The notes below the pieces were generated by a model that was not told the DNA's origin, ran no database searches, and saw only the letters and a program-made list of their open reading frames with translations. This document shows positions 40,510 through 50,328 of a stretch of 64,000 nucleotides of DNA, piece by piece. Within the stretch, counting starts at the first letter, position 1. The number at the start of each line of letters is the position of its first letter. Where the stretch lies: assembly GCA_024233135.1 (NCBI GenBank), contig JACKPZ010000007.1, forward strand, positions 52,864 to 116,863. Reading direction: 5' to 3'. The stretch comes from Akkermansiaceae bacterium (lineage in GTDB: Bacteria; Verrucomicrobiota; Verrucomicrobiia; Verrucomicrobiales; Akkermansiaceae). The translations under genes were made by a program, and so were the position numbers.

Positions 40510-40995
40510 ATGAAACCAGCCGTCCAACTCATCGCACTTGTCCTCTCGTTCACCAGCGCCCTTCATGCGGCGAGCCCCGGTGAAAAGGCCCCGCAGATTT
40601 CGAAACTGCTCCCTGGCGCGTCCCTGCCCGCCACGTCCGGCAAGGTCGTGCTCGTCGACTTCTGGGCGTCGTGGTGCGGCCCGTGCAAGGCCTCGTTTCC
40701 CGCCCTCAACCGCCTGCAGAAGAAATACGGTCCGAAGGGCCTCGTGATCATCGGCGTCGGCGTCGATGACGACGCGGCGAAATACCAGGCCTTCGCCAAG
40801 AAGATGTCCGCCTCGTTTCCGCTCGCCCACGACTCCGCGCACAAGGCGGCCGCCAAGTTCAATCCCCAGTCGATGCCCAGCAGTTACCTCATCGATCGCA
40901 AGGGGGTGATTCGTTACGTCCACACCGGTTTCCACCCGAAGAAGACGGAAACGGAATACTCGACCGAGATCGAAGCGCTGCTGGACGGGAAATGA
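40510..40995 (+). CDS. TlpA/ResA-like thiol-disulfide oxidoreductase (secreted)
   Basis: GKVVLVDFWASWCGPC, MPSSYLIDRKG; signal peptide. Confidence 0.93.
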   Translation: MKPAVQLIALVLSFTSALHAASPGEKAPQISKLLPGASLPATSGKVVLVDFWASWCGPCKASFPALNRLQKKYGPKGLVIIGVGVDDDAAKYQAFAKKMSASFPLAHDSAHKAAAKFNPQSMPSSYLIDRKGVIRYVHTGFHPKKTETEYSTEIEALLDGK

Positions 40996-41021
40996 AATCC
41001 CGCCCGCCCCATCCATCCGCA

Positions 41022-41246
41022 ATGAAAGCCACCCGAATCTCCCTCACCGCGCTCGCCACACTGATGTGCGCCTGCTCGCCCGCGCTCGTCCGTGTGAAAC
41101 CGTACGAACGCGGCAACCTCGCCCGGCCGGTCATGACCGAATCGCTCGATCCGCTCGAGAAAGCCATGACCGAGCACGCCTACTTCTCCCGCGAAGCGAG
41201 CTTCGGCGGCGGAGGAGTGGGCGGCGGCGGCTGCGGCTGCAACTGA
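41022..41246 (+). CDS. DUF4266 family small lipoprotein
   Basis: VKPYERGNLA...HAYFSREASFGGGGVGGGGCGCN; lipobox-like MCAC. Confidence 0.9.
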   Translation: MKATRISLTALATLMCACSPALVRVKPYERGNLARPVMTESLDPLEKAMTEHAYFSREASFGGGGVGGGGCGCN

Positions 41247-41271
41247 CCATCCGTTTTCCCTTACACCCGTC

Positions 41272-44200
41272 ATGAATGTCCCGTCCCTTGCCTTCGCGGA
41301 ACGTTTGCGCCTGCTGCTTCGCAATCGACTTCTCGCCTCACCCGTTGGCACCCTGCTGCTGCTCGTCCAGCGCTCGCCGCTGGTCCAGATGCTCCTGCCC
41401 GAGGCGAAACTGATCAGCAGCTCCGGCGCCATCGACGTCGCCGCCTGGGCGGTGGCCACCGTCGCCGGTCTCGGCGCCTACGACTCGGTGTCCGGTGCCA
41501 CCACCATCAGCCAGATCTCGCCGAATTCCGGCTCGACCTCGGTGCCCGCCACCAAGGGCAAGAATCTCTCGTTCGTCTTCCAACTCCTCGGCTATCCGGA
41601 CACCCCCGGCAGTTGGAAGGTCACCGGGCTGCCCAGCGGACTCACCCACGCGGACGTGAAAAACAACACGGTCGATTCGGTATCCGGCGTTCCCACCCAG
41701 ACGGGCACGTTTTCCGTGAGGATCACCGCCTACTCGAAAACGAGCTACTCCGGCGACAACTTCAGCAAGACTTTCACGATGACCGTCGCGGACGATCCGT
41801 CCGCCCGCATCACCAACCAGCCGTCGTCCACCACCATCAACAGCGGGCAGTCGGCCACGCTCTCCGTCAGCGCCGGCGGAGCGTCGCCGTTCACCTACAA
41901 ATGGTACCGCGGGGCGAAGGGCAACACCTCCAATCCCGTCGGCGGAAACTCGGCGAACTACACCACTCCCGCCCTCACCGCCACGACCACCTATTGGGTG
42001 AACGTTTCGAACTCCGACAATCCGTCCGGTGAAAACTCGAATGCCGCCACGGTGACCGTGAACCAGCCGGCACGGATCACGAACCAACCGGATTCCACCA
42101 CCATCAACAGCGGCCAGTCGACCACCCTCTCCGTGTCCGCCAGCGGCACCGCTCCTCTCACCTATCAATGGTATCGTGGTGCCAGTGGATCGACCGCCAA
42201 TCCCGTCGGCACGAACTCACCGAACTTCACCACGCCGGTGCTCACCACCACGACGAGTTACTGGGTCAAGGTCACCAACGTCGCCAATACCAGCGGCGAC
42301 CTCTCCGACACCGCCACCGTCACGGTGAACCAACCGGCTTCCGTCGCCACGCCGCCGGCCTCGGTTTCCATCAACAGCGGCGCGTCCGTCGTGCTCTCGG
42401 TCGTGGCCGCCGGCACGCCGCCGTTCTCCTATCAATGGTATCAGGGGGTGTCCGGCGACACGGCCGTCCCGGTGGGAAGCGACTCGCCGGATCTAACGAC
42501 TCCATCTTTGGCCGCGGACACGAGCTACTGGGTGCGCGTCACCAACGCGTCCAATCCGGCGGGTGCGGATTCCGCCGCCGCCCTCGTCACAGTCGTCCAA
42601 CCGGCCGCGGTGGCCACCGCCCTACAGCCCGCGACGGTCGCAAGCGGTGGAACCGCCATCCTTCATGTCATCGCATCCGGCACCGGTCCATTCACCTATC
42701 AATGGTATGCCGGGGAAACGGGCGACACCTCGCGCCCCGTCGGCTTGGATTCGCCCGATCTAGCAACCGATCCGCTCGCCGCATCGGAATCCTATTGGGT
42801 GCGGATCACCAACGCGGCCAACCCGTCCGGTGCCGACTCGCCGTCCGCGCTGGTCGCCGTGCTCGGCGACCGTCCGGCGCTCATCGAGTCCCAGCCGCAG
42901 GCGGTCACGATCGTCGAAAACACATCGACGACCCTCAGCGTCGGAGCCGGCGGACTCGCTCCGTTCACCTATCAATGGTATCAAGGTGCCAGCGGAGATA
43001 CCTCGCAGCCCGTTGGCACGGACGCTCCCGATTTCACCACTCCGGCGCTCGCTTCCACCACCTCGTATTGGGTGCATGTTTCCAATCCGACCAACCCGGC
43101 CGGTGTCGATTCCGAAACCGCCGTCGTCACCGTGGACCTGCTGGTCTCCGCATCCATCACGGCGGATCCCGTTTCGGTCTTCATCGCGAGTGGAAACACC
43201 GCGACCTTGTCCGTGCTCGCCGCAGGCACCGCGCCCTTGTCCTACCAGTGGTATGAGGGAGCCTCCGGCGACATATCCACTCCCGTGGGAACGGACTCCG
43301 CTTCGTTCACGACGCCCGCGCTGGATGCTTCCGCCAGCTACTGGGTGCGGGTCAGCAACGCGGTGAATCCCGCCGGTGCCGACTCCGCGGCGGCCGTGGT
43401 GTCCATTGGTGAACCGGTATCCATTAATGTTCCGCCCGGAGCGGTTTCCATTAATTACGGAGGCACGGCCGAGCTTTCCGTCGTCGCCACCGGCACCGGG
43501 CCTCTGGATTTCCAGTGGTATCTCGGAGAGTCCGGCGACACCAGCACTCCCGTCGGCGGCGATTCGGACACCTTTACGACTCCCGCGCTCTTCGCGAACG
43601 CGACGTATTGGGTGCGCGTTTCCAATCCGGTCGTCCCCCAAGGCATCGATTCGGATTCCGCACTGGTCTCCGTCGGTGCCTTCGTTCCCGTTTCCTTCAC
43701 GGCCGAACCGGCGAGCACCGTGGTGAAACGGGGGGAGACCGCCACACTCACCGCGTCCGCATCCGGTTCGGATCCGATCACCTATCAATGGTTCGAAGGA
43801 GCGAGCGGAGATACTGGAACTCCCGTAGGCGGCGGCCTGTCCATCACCACGCCGCTCATCGAGGCACCAAAAGAATATTGGGTGCGGGTATCGAACGGAG
43901 GCAGCTCGGTCGACAGCGGAACCGTTCACGTTTCCTCCGCTCCCATGATCGTTCTCAAGCTTCCCAACGGCGATGTCCTTCCCTTCGGAAAAGGCACCGT
44001 CAACTTCGCCCGCGTGCTCACCGGCGCTTCCGCGGAGCGCACGCTCGTGATCCGCAACGCGGGCGCGGTCGATCTCACCGGCCTTTCGCTCGGTGTGTCC
44101 GGTCCCAACTCGGCGGATTTCACCACGACCGGACCCTTGCAAAGCGACTTGGCCGCGGGCCAGACCACCAGCTTCCAAGTCACTTTCGCCCCCGCCGCCA

Positions 44201-44646
44201 AGGGGAGTCGCAACGCCAGGCTCGCCGTGGACACCATCGTCCCGGGCGAGCGATCCTTCGACCTCGGCTTGGTCGGCACGGCCTCGGTGCCTGTCCCGGA
44301 AATCGATGTCCGCAACGGCAAGGCGAACCTCAACGACGGCAAATCGTCGATCAACTGCGGCAAGGCCAATGTTGGAAAGAAATCGAAACCCGTCACGCTC
44401 ACCATCGCCAATTCCGGCACCGCGGCCCTGACCGGGCTCAAGGTTGCCGTCCAAGGCAAGTCCGCCAAAGACTTCACGGTCTCGCAGCCGAAGCTCAAAT
44501 CGCTCGCTCCGGGCCGCTCCACGACCTTCAATCTGACCTTCAAGCCGAAGGCGAAAGGCAAGAGCAAGGCCGTCCTGCAAATCGGCAGCAACGACCGCAA
44601 CGAGAACCCCTTCGACCTCAAGCTCAAGGCCAAGGCGACACCGTAG
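41272..44646 (+). CDS. Surface protein (long paralog): leader + Ig-like head + 8 Ig repeats + 2 ASH/choice-of-anchor D-like domains
   Basis: Same leader and head as the 37365 protein; eight ~90-aa repeats with TYQWYxGxSGDTxxPVG...TTPAL...YWVRVSN; ends NDRNENPFDLKLKA. Confidence 0.85.
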   Translation: MNVPSLAFAERLRLLLRNRLLASPVGTLLLLVQRSPLVQMLLPEAKLISSSGAIDVAAWAVATVAGLGAYDSVSGATTISQISPNSGSTSVPATKGKNLSFVFQLLGYPDTPGSWKVTGLPSGLTHADVKNNTVDSVSGVPTQTGTFSVRITAYSKTSYSGDNFSKTFTMTVADDPSARITNQPSSTTINSGQSATLSVSAGGASPFTYKWYRGAKGNTSNPVGGNSANYTTPALTATTTYWVNVSNSDNPSGENSNAATVTVNQPARITNQPDSTTINSGQSTTLSVSASGTAPLTYQWYRGASGSTANPVGTNSPNFTTPVLTTTTSYWVKVTNVANTSGDLSDTATVTVNQPASVATPPASVSINSGASVVLSVVAAGTPPFSYQWYQGVSGDTAVPVGSDSPDLTTPSLAADTSYWVRVTNASNPAGADSAAALVTVVQPAAVATALQPATVASGGTAILHVIASGTGPFTYQWYAGETGDTSRPVGLDSPDLATDPLAASESYWVRITNAANPSGADSPSALVAVLGDRPALIESQPQAVTIVENTSTTLSVGAGGLAPFTYQWYQGASGDTSQPVGTDAPDFTTPALASTTSYWVHVSNPTNPAGVDSETAVVTVDLLVSASITADPVSVFIASGNTATLSVLAAGTAPLSYQWYEGASGDISTPVGTDSASFTTPALDASASYWVRVSNAVNPAGADSAAAVVSIGEPVSINVPPGAVSINYGGTAELSVVATGTGPLDFQWYLGESGDTSTPVGGDSDTFTTPALFANATYWVRVSNPVVPQGIDSDSALVSVGAFVPVSFTAEPASTVVKRGETATLTASASGSDPITYQWFEGASGDTGTPVGGGLSITTPLIEAPKEYWVRVSNGGSSVDSGTVHVSSAPMIVLKLPNGDVLPFGKGTVNFARVLTGASAERTLVIRNAGAVDLTGLSLGVSGPNSADFTTTGPLQSDLAAGQTTSFQVTFAPAAKGSRNARLAVDTIVPGERSFDLGLVGTASVPVPEIDVRNGKANLNDGKSSINCGKANVGKKSKPVTLTIANSGTAALTGLKVAVQGKSAKDFTVSQPKLKSLAPGRSTTFNLTFKPKAKGKSKAVLQIGSNDRNENPFDLKLKAKATP

Positions 44647-44743
44647 CCGTAGTCGGAATCCGTCTACACCGACAACTTCGGGGCCATCGTGGGGTCTTCT
44701 CGAGCCCCCATCCAAACTTCCGCGTGACCGCTACGCGCTACGG
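44641..44743. repeat. Imperfect GTAG-footed inverted repeat (REP/REPIN-like) upstream of the RAYT
   Basis: CCGTAGCCGTAG (44641-44652) versus CTACGCGCTACGG (44731-44743). Confidence 0.5.
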
Positions 44744-44866
44744 AACCACGGAACGCTCTGGAAACTGAGATGACACCGATAAAAATAATGGGACAACCAA
44801 TAAAGGGACAGACAATCTATAAGAGAATTGGCTTGGAGGATGGAGCGGAAGGAGTAGTCTGGAGGC

Positions 44867-45937
44867 ATGAGGAGGGCGCGTTGGCTGGCACCTTGTAAAG
44901 ACTCGGCGGTTAAGCCCGCGATTTACCACTGTGTTTCGCGGGTGGTTGACCGGCGATTTGTTCTCGGCGGCGACGAGCGGGAGAAGTTCCGCGTTTTCAT
45001 GCGCATGCAGGAGAACTTCACGGGCTGCCGGGTCCTTGCATACTGTCTGATGTCCAATCACTTCCATATTCTGCTGGAGGTTCCGCCGATGCCGGAGGAT
45101 GAACTCGCGGATGACGTCTTCTTCGGGCGGCTCCGGGCGATCTACAGCGAAGCTTTCGTGGCGGAGGTGGCGAGGGAGATGAGGGAGGCGCGGGAGGCGG
45201 GACGTGAGGATCTGGTGGCGGAGATCCGCGGACGATACACCTATCGGATGAACGATCTGAGCGAGTTCATGAAAACGTTGCTGCAACGCTTCACGCGCTG
45301 GTTCAACCGGACCCACGAGCGGCGGGGTACATTGTGGGAGGAACGGTTCAAGAGCGTGATCGTCGAGAGCGGATTCGCCGCGCGCACGATTGCGGCTTAC
45401 ATTGACCTCAATCCCGTGCGCGCGGGCATGGTGACGGACCCGGCGGCGTATCGCTGGAGCAGCTATGGCGAAGCGGTGGGCGGAGGCTCGAAGGGCTGGG
45501 GGAAAAAGGCCCGCGAAGGGCTGGTCAGGGCTTGTTTGAGCGATCGCGGGGCGGGATTCGAGCCGGGGAAATGGAGCGAGGTTTCAAGGATTCACCGGCG
45601 TTTGATGGGCATCGCTCTCGGGCGCAGGAGAGGTCTGGCGGAGGTGGACAAGCAGGTGTCACGTTCCGGGCTCAATGCGGCGGAATCGCTCGCAGAGAAC
45701 GACAATGGAACGGTGTTGTCGGATCTCGGGATGCCGGCGATGCTGCGCTGCCGGGTGAGGTATTTCACGGATGGGGCGGTGATCGGCAGCCGGGATTTCG
45801 TGAACGAGGCGTTCGCTGGGGCGCGGGAGAGGTTTCCCGCGAGGCGGCGGGACGGAGCGCGACGGATGCGCGGAACCGGAGCGGCGGCGGCCGGTGTGTT
45901 GTGGAGCATGCGGGATCTGCGGACGGATATCGGATAG
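44867..45937 (+). mobile_element. REP-associated tyrosine transposase (RAYT, Y1 HUH family)
   Basis: YHCVSR, AYCLMSNHFHILL (HUH), LWEERFKS, YIDLNPVRAG, YRWSSY. Confidence 0.9.
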
Positions 45938-45995
45938 GCGGCCGGGGACTTCTGCCGGCTTGCCACGTCTGGGAGAGACGGGAAAACTCGCGGCC

Positions 45996-46754
45996 ATGAA
46001 GCTGATCTCGTGGAATGTGAACGGCATCCGAGCCGTGTTGAACAAAGGGTTCGCTGACTTTGTTTCCACCGAAAGGCCGGACATCCTCTGCTTGCAGGAA
46101 ACCAAGGCGCGGCCGGAGCAGGTGCCGCTGCCGTTGGAGCTCGGCGGCTACCACGGTTTCTGGAATTCAGCGGTGAAGCCGGGGTATTCGGGCACCGCCG
46201 TGTTCAGCCGCGAAAAACCGCTCGATGTGCGCGAGGGGCTCGGCATCGAGGAGCACGACCAGGAAGGCCGCGTGCTCACCGTGGAGTATCCGGATTTCAT
46301 TCTGGTGAACGTATACACGCCCAACGCCCAGGACGGCTTGCGGCGCTTGCCGTATCGTCTCCGGTGGGACGTCGCGTTCCGCGCCCATGTCGCCCGCGAG
46401 GCGGAGAGGAAACCGGTGGTCTTCTGCGGCGATCTGAACGTCGCCCACCATGAAATCGACCTCGCCCGGCCGAAAGACAACCGGATGAATCCGGGATTTT
46501 CGGACGAGGAGCGGGCGAGCTTCGGTGAGTTGCTCGGCGCCGGGTTCACCGACACTTTCCGCCACTTCTTCCCCGACAAAGAGGCGGCTTACTCCTGGTG
46601 GTCGTATCGCGCCGGCGCGCGACAGCGGAACGTCGGCTGGCGCATCGACTATTTCGGAGTCTCCACGCCGTTCATGAGCCGCGTTGCCTCGGCGGACATT
46701 CTTCCGCACGTCCACGGCTCCGACCACTGTCCGGTGCTCGTCACGCTCGCCTGA
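45996..46754 (+). CDS. xth: Exodeoxyribonuclease III
   Basis: [45 protein letters not shown]. Confidence 0.96.
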   Translation: MKLISWNVNGIRAVLNKGFADFVSTERPDILCLQETKARPEQVPLPLELGGYHGFWNSAVKPGYSGTAVFSREKPLDVREGLGIEEHDQEGRVLTVEYPDFILVNVYTPNAQDGLRRLPYRLRWDVAFRAHVAREAERKPVVFCGDLNVAHHEIDLARPKDNRMNPGFSDEERASFGELLGAGFTDTFRHFFPDKEAAYSWWSYRAGARQRNVGWRIDYFGVSTPFMSRVASADILPHVHGSDHCPVLVTLA

Positions 46755-46762
46755 GAATGAAA

Positions 46763-46800
46763 TCGGCGGATGTTGCAGGGGGATCTGCAACATCCGCCGA
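46763..46800. repeat. Perfect 16-bp-stem hairpin downstream of xth
   Basis: TCGGCGGATGTTGCAG-GGGGAT-CTGCAACATCCGCCGA. Confidence 0.85.
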
Positions 46801-46956
46801 CTGAAAGCGGGGGGACATTTCTTTGTCCGGTGGATCCATGGGGGGATGGCTCGTGCGGACGGCAGGAACAGGTCACTTTTCCGGCCGCAAGGCAAGTACG
46901 GATTCGAGAATCGGGCGGTATTTGACGAAATCGCCACACGCCCGTCGGGAAAAGAA

Positions 46957-46996
46957 TCGGCGGGTGCAGAAGGGGGGAGCCTGCCGCACCCGCCGA
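46957..46996. repeat. Second, related hairpin (11-bp stem)
   Basis: TCGGCGGGTGC...GCACCCGCCGA; shares the stem base and G-rich loop with the 46763 hairpin. Confidence 0.75.
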
Positions 46997-47130
46997 CGCA
47001 TGGTTGGGGGGATGTGTCACCTGGCGCGCCCGGAATCGGGGGGAATGCCGTGGCGCGGCGACCCCTCATTGGTAGAACATTTCCGGCCGTTCGGAATCAC
47101 GCGATCGCGTGAAAAGAGCCGTCGCCATCC

Positions 47131-47634
47131 ATGACCGTCACGGATTTGACCTTGGAATCCGGGAGCTCCGTGTCGATGCTGCCGCCGATGCCGGATCTGG
47201 TGAAAGTCGAGCCCGTCGCGCTGCTGCCCACCCAGGCGGGATGCGCGGTGTTCCTCGGGGATGGGAGCAAGACGATCGTTTTCTACATCGACCCCTCGGT
47301 GGGCGCGTCAATCAACACCTCGCTCAGCGGCCAGACCCCGCCGCGGCCGCTCACCCACGACCTCTACCTCCACACGCTGGAGGCTTTCGGAGCGAAAGTC
47401 GTGCGTGCGGTGATCGTCCGCATGGAGGACGAGGTGTATTACGCCCGGCTGATCCTCGAGGCGAGCAACGAGATCATGGAGCGAAAGATCGTCGAACTCG
47501 ATGCCCGGCCATCCGACTGCCTGGCGGTCTCGGTGCGTTGTGGTTCGCCGTTTTTCGTCGTCCGTGAGTTGTGGGACAGCTTGGAGGACATGACCGCGGT
47601 GCTTGAGCAGATGCGCGAGGGCGACAACGATTGA
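47131..47634 (+). CDS. Bifunctional nuclease (DUF151) family protein
   Basis: PRPLTHDL, VYYARL, LDARPSDCLA; true start may be at 47176. Confidence 0.9.
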   Translation: MTVTDLTLESGSSVSMLPPMPDLVKVEPVALLPTQAGCAVFLGDGSKTIVFYIDPSVGASINTSLSGQTPPRPLTHDLYLHTLEAFGAKVVRAVIVRMEDEVYYARLILEASNEIMERKIVELDARPSDCLAVSVRCGSPFFVVRELWDSLEDMTAVLEQMREGDND

Positions 47635-47709
47635 GGGGCCTCCTGCCCGGGGGAATTTTGCAACATTCGTCTCTTGCGGTGACCCTCATCCGGGCTAGGC
47701 TCGTCGCCT

Positions 47710-48924
47710 ATGTCGACTCCCTCCACTGATACGCTGCCGGATTACCTCCACGAGGACATTCTTTTGCATCCTGAGAAACGGGAGTTCCCCTCGTTCGATC
47801 TCCGGCGTCTGATGACGAGCGTGTTCGAGCCCACCGAAGGCTGCAAGGTGTGCATTCTGGTGGATTTCGACGAACCGGCGGGCTTGATCAGGGATTTCGC
47901 TTTCCTCGGTGAGGAGGGGTTCCCGATCCAAAAACGCGCCTACCAACACTTCTATGAGGAGCTCCGCAACGGCGCGCTCGACGACCTCGGCATGACGGGC
48001 GGCGAGATGTTCGCCTACAAGTGCACCTACGGCTCGAACCTCGATCTGGAGGACGAGGTCTGGGACACCTCGGGAAATCAGCTCTCCCTCGATCGCGACA
48101 TCTATCCGAACTACGACATCATCCTCTGTATCTCGACGTTTTCGGCCACCGCGCCGCTCACCGCGAAGTGCAAGGAATACGGTTTCCGCGGCGCTACGAT
48201 GCACGGGCTCAACGACGTGATCCTCTCGTCCGGGCTGGCGGTCGATTACAACGAGGTTTCCGCGGATGCGGAGAAACTCCGGCTCGCGCTCACCAAGGCG
48301 GAGTCCGTCGAGATCGACTTCGAGCTTGAGGACGGCCGCATCCTCACCGCGTGGCTCGGCCTTGGTGGCCAGGAAGCACAGAAGTCACACGGCCTCTGCC
48401 GTGGCAGGACGCCGGACATCGCGAACCTGCCTGCTGGCGAGGTGTATTTCGTGCCGAAGGATGCGCGCGGGCAGTTCCCGATGAAATACGAAGATGGCAC
48501 GCTCGGTGTGCTCGACGTGAGCGACCGCTGCATCACGCGGTCCACGCTCATCGAGGGAAACCAGGCGACCATCGATGCCCACAACGCCCGCCTCGCCGAC
48601 GATCCGATGACCGGCACGCTCGGAGAGCTCGGCTTCGGCACCCAGGTGCTGCCGGTTTCCGGCGCGGACATCCAGGACGAGAAGGTGCTCGGCACCTGCC
48701 ACCTCGCCACCGGTCGCGATGACCACCTCGGCGGCGACATCCTGCCGACGATGTTCAAGAAACACGAGAACTCGACGCACGACGACATCCTCTTCGCGCC
48801 GCACAAGACGCCGAATTTCAATATCCGCCAGGTTCGGATGCACAAGGACGGCGGCACCGAGATCCTTATTGAAAACTTCAGGCCTTCGCGATTCCTGATG
48901 GATGCGCTGGCGGCGGGTCGTTGA
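47710..48924 (+). CDS. M29/thermophilic metallo-aminopeptidase-like protein
   Basis: NLPAGEVY, LGELGFGT, QDEKVLGTCHLATG, HDD. Confidence 0.75.
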   Translation: MSTPSTDTLPDYLHEDILLHPEKREFPSFDLRRLMTSVFEPTEGCKVCILVDFDEPAGLIRDFAFLGEEGFPIQKRAYQHFYEELRNGALDDLGMTGGEMFAYKCTYGSNLDLEDEVWDTSGNQLSLDRDIYPNYDIILCISTFSATAPLTAKCKEYGFRGATMHGLNDVILSSGLAVDYNEVSADAEKLRLALTKAESVEIDFELEDGRILTAWLGLGGQEAQKSHGLCRGRTPDIANLPAGEVYFVPKDARGQFPMKYEDGTLGVLDVSDRCITRSTLIEGNQATIDAHNARLADDPMTGTLGELGFGTQVLPVSGADIQDEKVLGTCHLATGRDDHLGGDILPTMFKKHENSTHDDILFAPHKTPNFNIRQVRMHKDGGTEILIENFRPSRFLMDALAAGR

Positions 48925-48995
48925 GTCCGGAACGCCGGGCTTGATGCTTGAAATATCCGGTCCGTTCGGCGAGTAAAGCGGGCGTTCCGTTTGTC

Positions 48996-50279
48996 ATGCC
49001 CATGAATGTTTCCAGACGCCACGTTGTGAAGTCGCTCGCCGCCATGGCGACCGTCCAGATCGTTCCCGGCCGCGTGCTCGGCCTCAACGGCCAGACCCCG
49101 CCGTCCGAAATCCTCACCCGCGGCATCATCGGCTGCGGCGGGATCTCCGCCTCCCACCTGACGATGCCCGGCAAGCTGCTGGCGCTCTGCGATGTGGACA
49201 AGGGGCACCTCGCCAACCGCATGCGCGACGCGAAGGCCGAGGAGAACGGCATCAAGGGCTATCACGACTACCGCGAGCTGATCGCCCGTGACGACATCGA
49301 CATCGTCCACGTCGCCACGCCGCCGCACTGGCACGCCAAGATGGCCATCGACGCCGCCCGCGCCGGCAAGGACATCTGGTGCGAGAAGCCGATGAGCCGC
49401 ACGATCGGCGAGGGGATCGCGATGGTCCGGGAGGTCGAGAAAACCGGCCGCATTTTCCGCCTCAACACGTGGTTCCGTTTCCAAAGCGGCTTCTACGGCA
49501 TGGGTATCCCGGTCAGTTTCATCAAGAAGGCGGTGATGAACGACATGTTCGGCTGGCCGCTCAAGGTCACCGTGTCCGGGACCACCGGGTTCAACTGGAA
49601 GCTCGACCAATGGGTCGGCATCCCCGGCCTCAAACCCGAGCCGGTGCCGGAGGAACTCGACTATAACTTCTGGCTCGGGCCCGCGCCGAAGAAGGAATAC
49701 AACCACAACCGGGTCCACGCCAAGTTCCGCGGCTACTGGGACTATGATGGCGGCGGACTCGGCGACATGGGCCAGCACTATCTCGACCCCGTGCAATACA
49801 TCCTCGGCAAAGACGGGGAGGCGCCCGTTTCGGTCGACATCGATGCCGACCCGCAGGACTCCGAAGCCATCGGCACCTGGCGGCGCATGGAGTTCACCTA
49901 CGCCGACGGCTGCAAGATCGTGCTCGATGGCGAGAACAAGGACGTCGGCGCGCCGTACATCGAGGGCCCCAAAGGAAAACTCTTCGCGCCGATGAACTCG
50001 GAAGGCAGGCTTGAGATGCGCGAGTTCCGCAAGAAGGTCGACGCTTTGCCGAAGGATCCGCCGGAACAAAAAACCGACTTCCACGAGTGCGTGCGCAAGC
50101 GCGAGAAGTTCGCGCTCAACGAAAAGAACGGCTTCTGGTCGTGCACCATCGTCAACATGGGGGTCACCGCGCACCGGCTCAACAAGAGCCTCAAGTTCGA
50201 TTCGAAGACACTCAAGTTCGACGACCCGGAGGCGAACGCCCTGATCCACCAACCGATGCGCGATCCGTGGAAGGTCTGA
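48996..50279 (+). CDS. Tat-exported Gfo/Idh/MocA oxidoreductase
   Basis: SRRHVVK Tat-like signal, ATPPHWH, WCEKP, DYDGGGLGDMGQH. Confidence 0.88.
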   Translation: MPMNVSRRHVVKSLAAMATVQIVPGRVLGLNGQTPPSEILTRGIIGCGGISASHLTMPGKLLALCDVDKGHLANRMRDAKAEENGIKGYHDYRELIARDDIDIVHVATPPHWHAKMAIDAARAGKDIWCEKPMSRTIGEGIAMVREVEKTGRIFRLNTWFRFQSGFYGMGIPVSFIKKAVMNDMFGWPLKVTVSGTTGFNWKLDQWVGIPGLKPEPVPEELDYNFWLGPAPKKEYNHNRVHAKFRGYWDYDGGGLGDMGQHYLDPVQYILGKDGEAPVSVDIDADPQDSEAIGTWRRMEFTYADGCKIVLDGENKDVGAPYIEGPKGKLFAPMNSEGRLEMREFRKKVDALPKDPPEQKTDFHECVRKREKFALNEKNGFWSCTIVNMGVTAHRLNKSLKFDSKTLKFDDPEANALIHQPMRDPWKV

Positions 50280-50328
50280 CGCATCGCGCGGGCCATCGTT
50301 TCCAACCACCTCATCGGACCACCTTTTC

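Noticed and set aside
41810-43940. Regularly spaced DNA repeats (e.g. CCTATCAATGGTA) resembling an array or DGR target
   Set aside because: Explained by in-frame Ig-domain repeats; no reverse transcriptase or adenine-specific template/variable pair seen.
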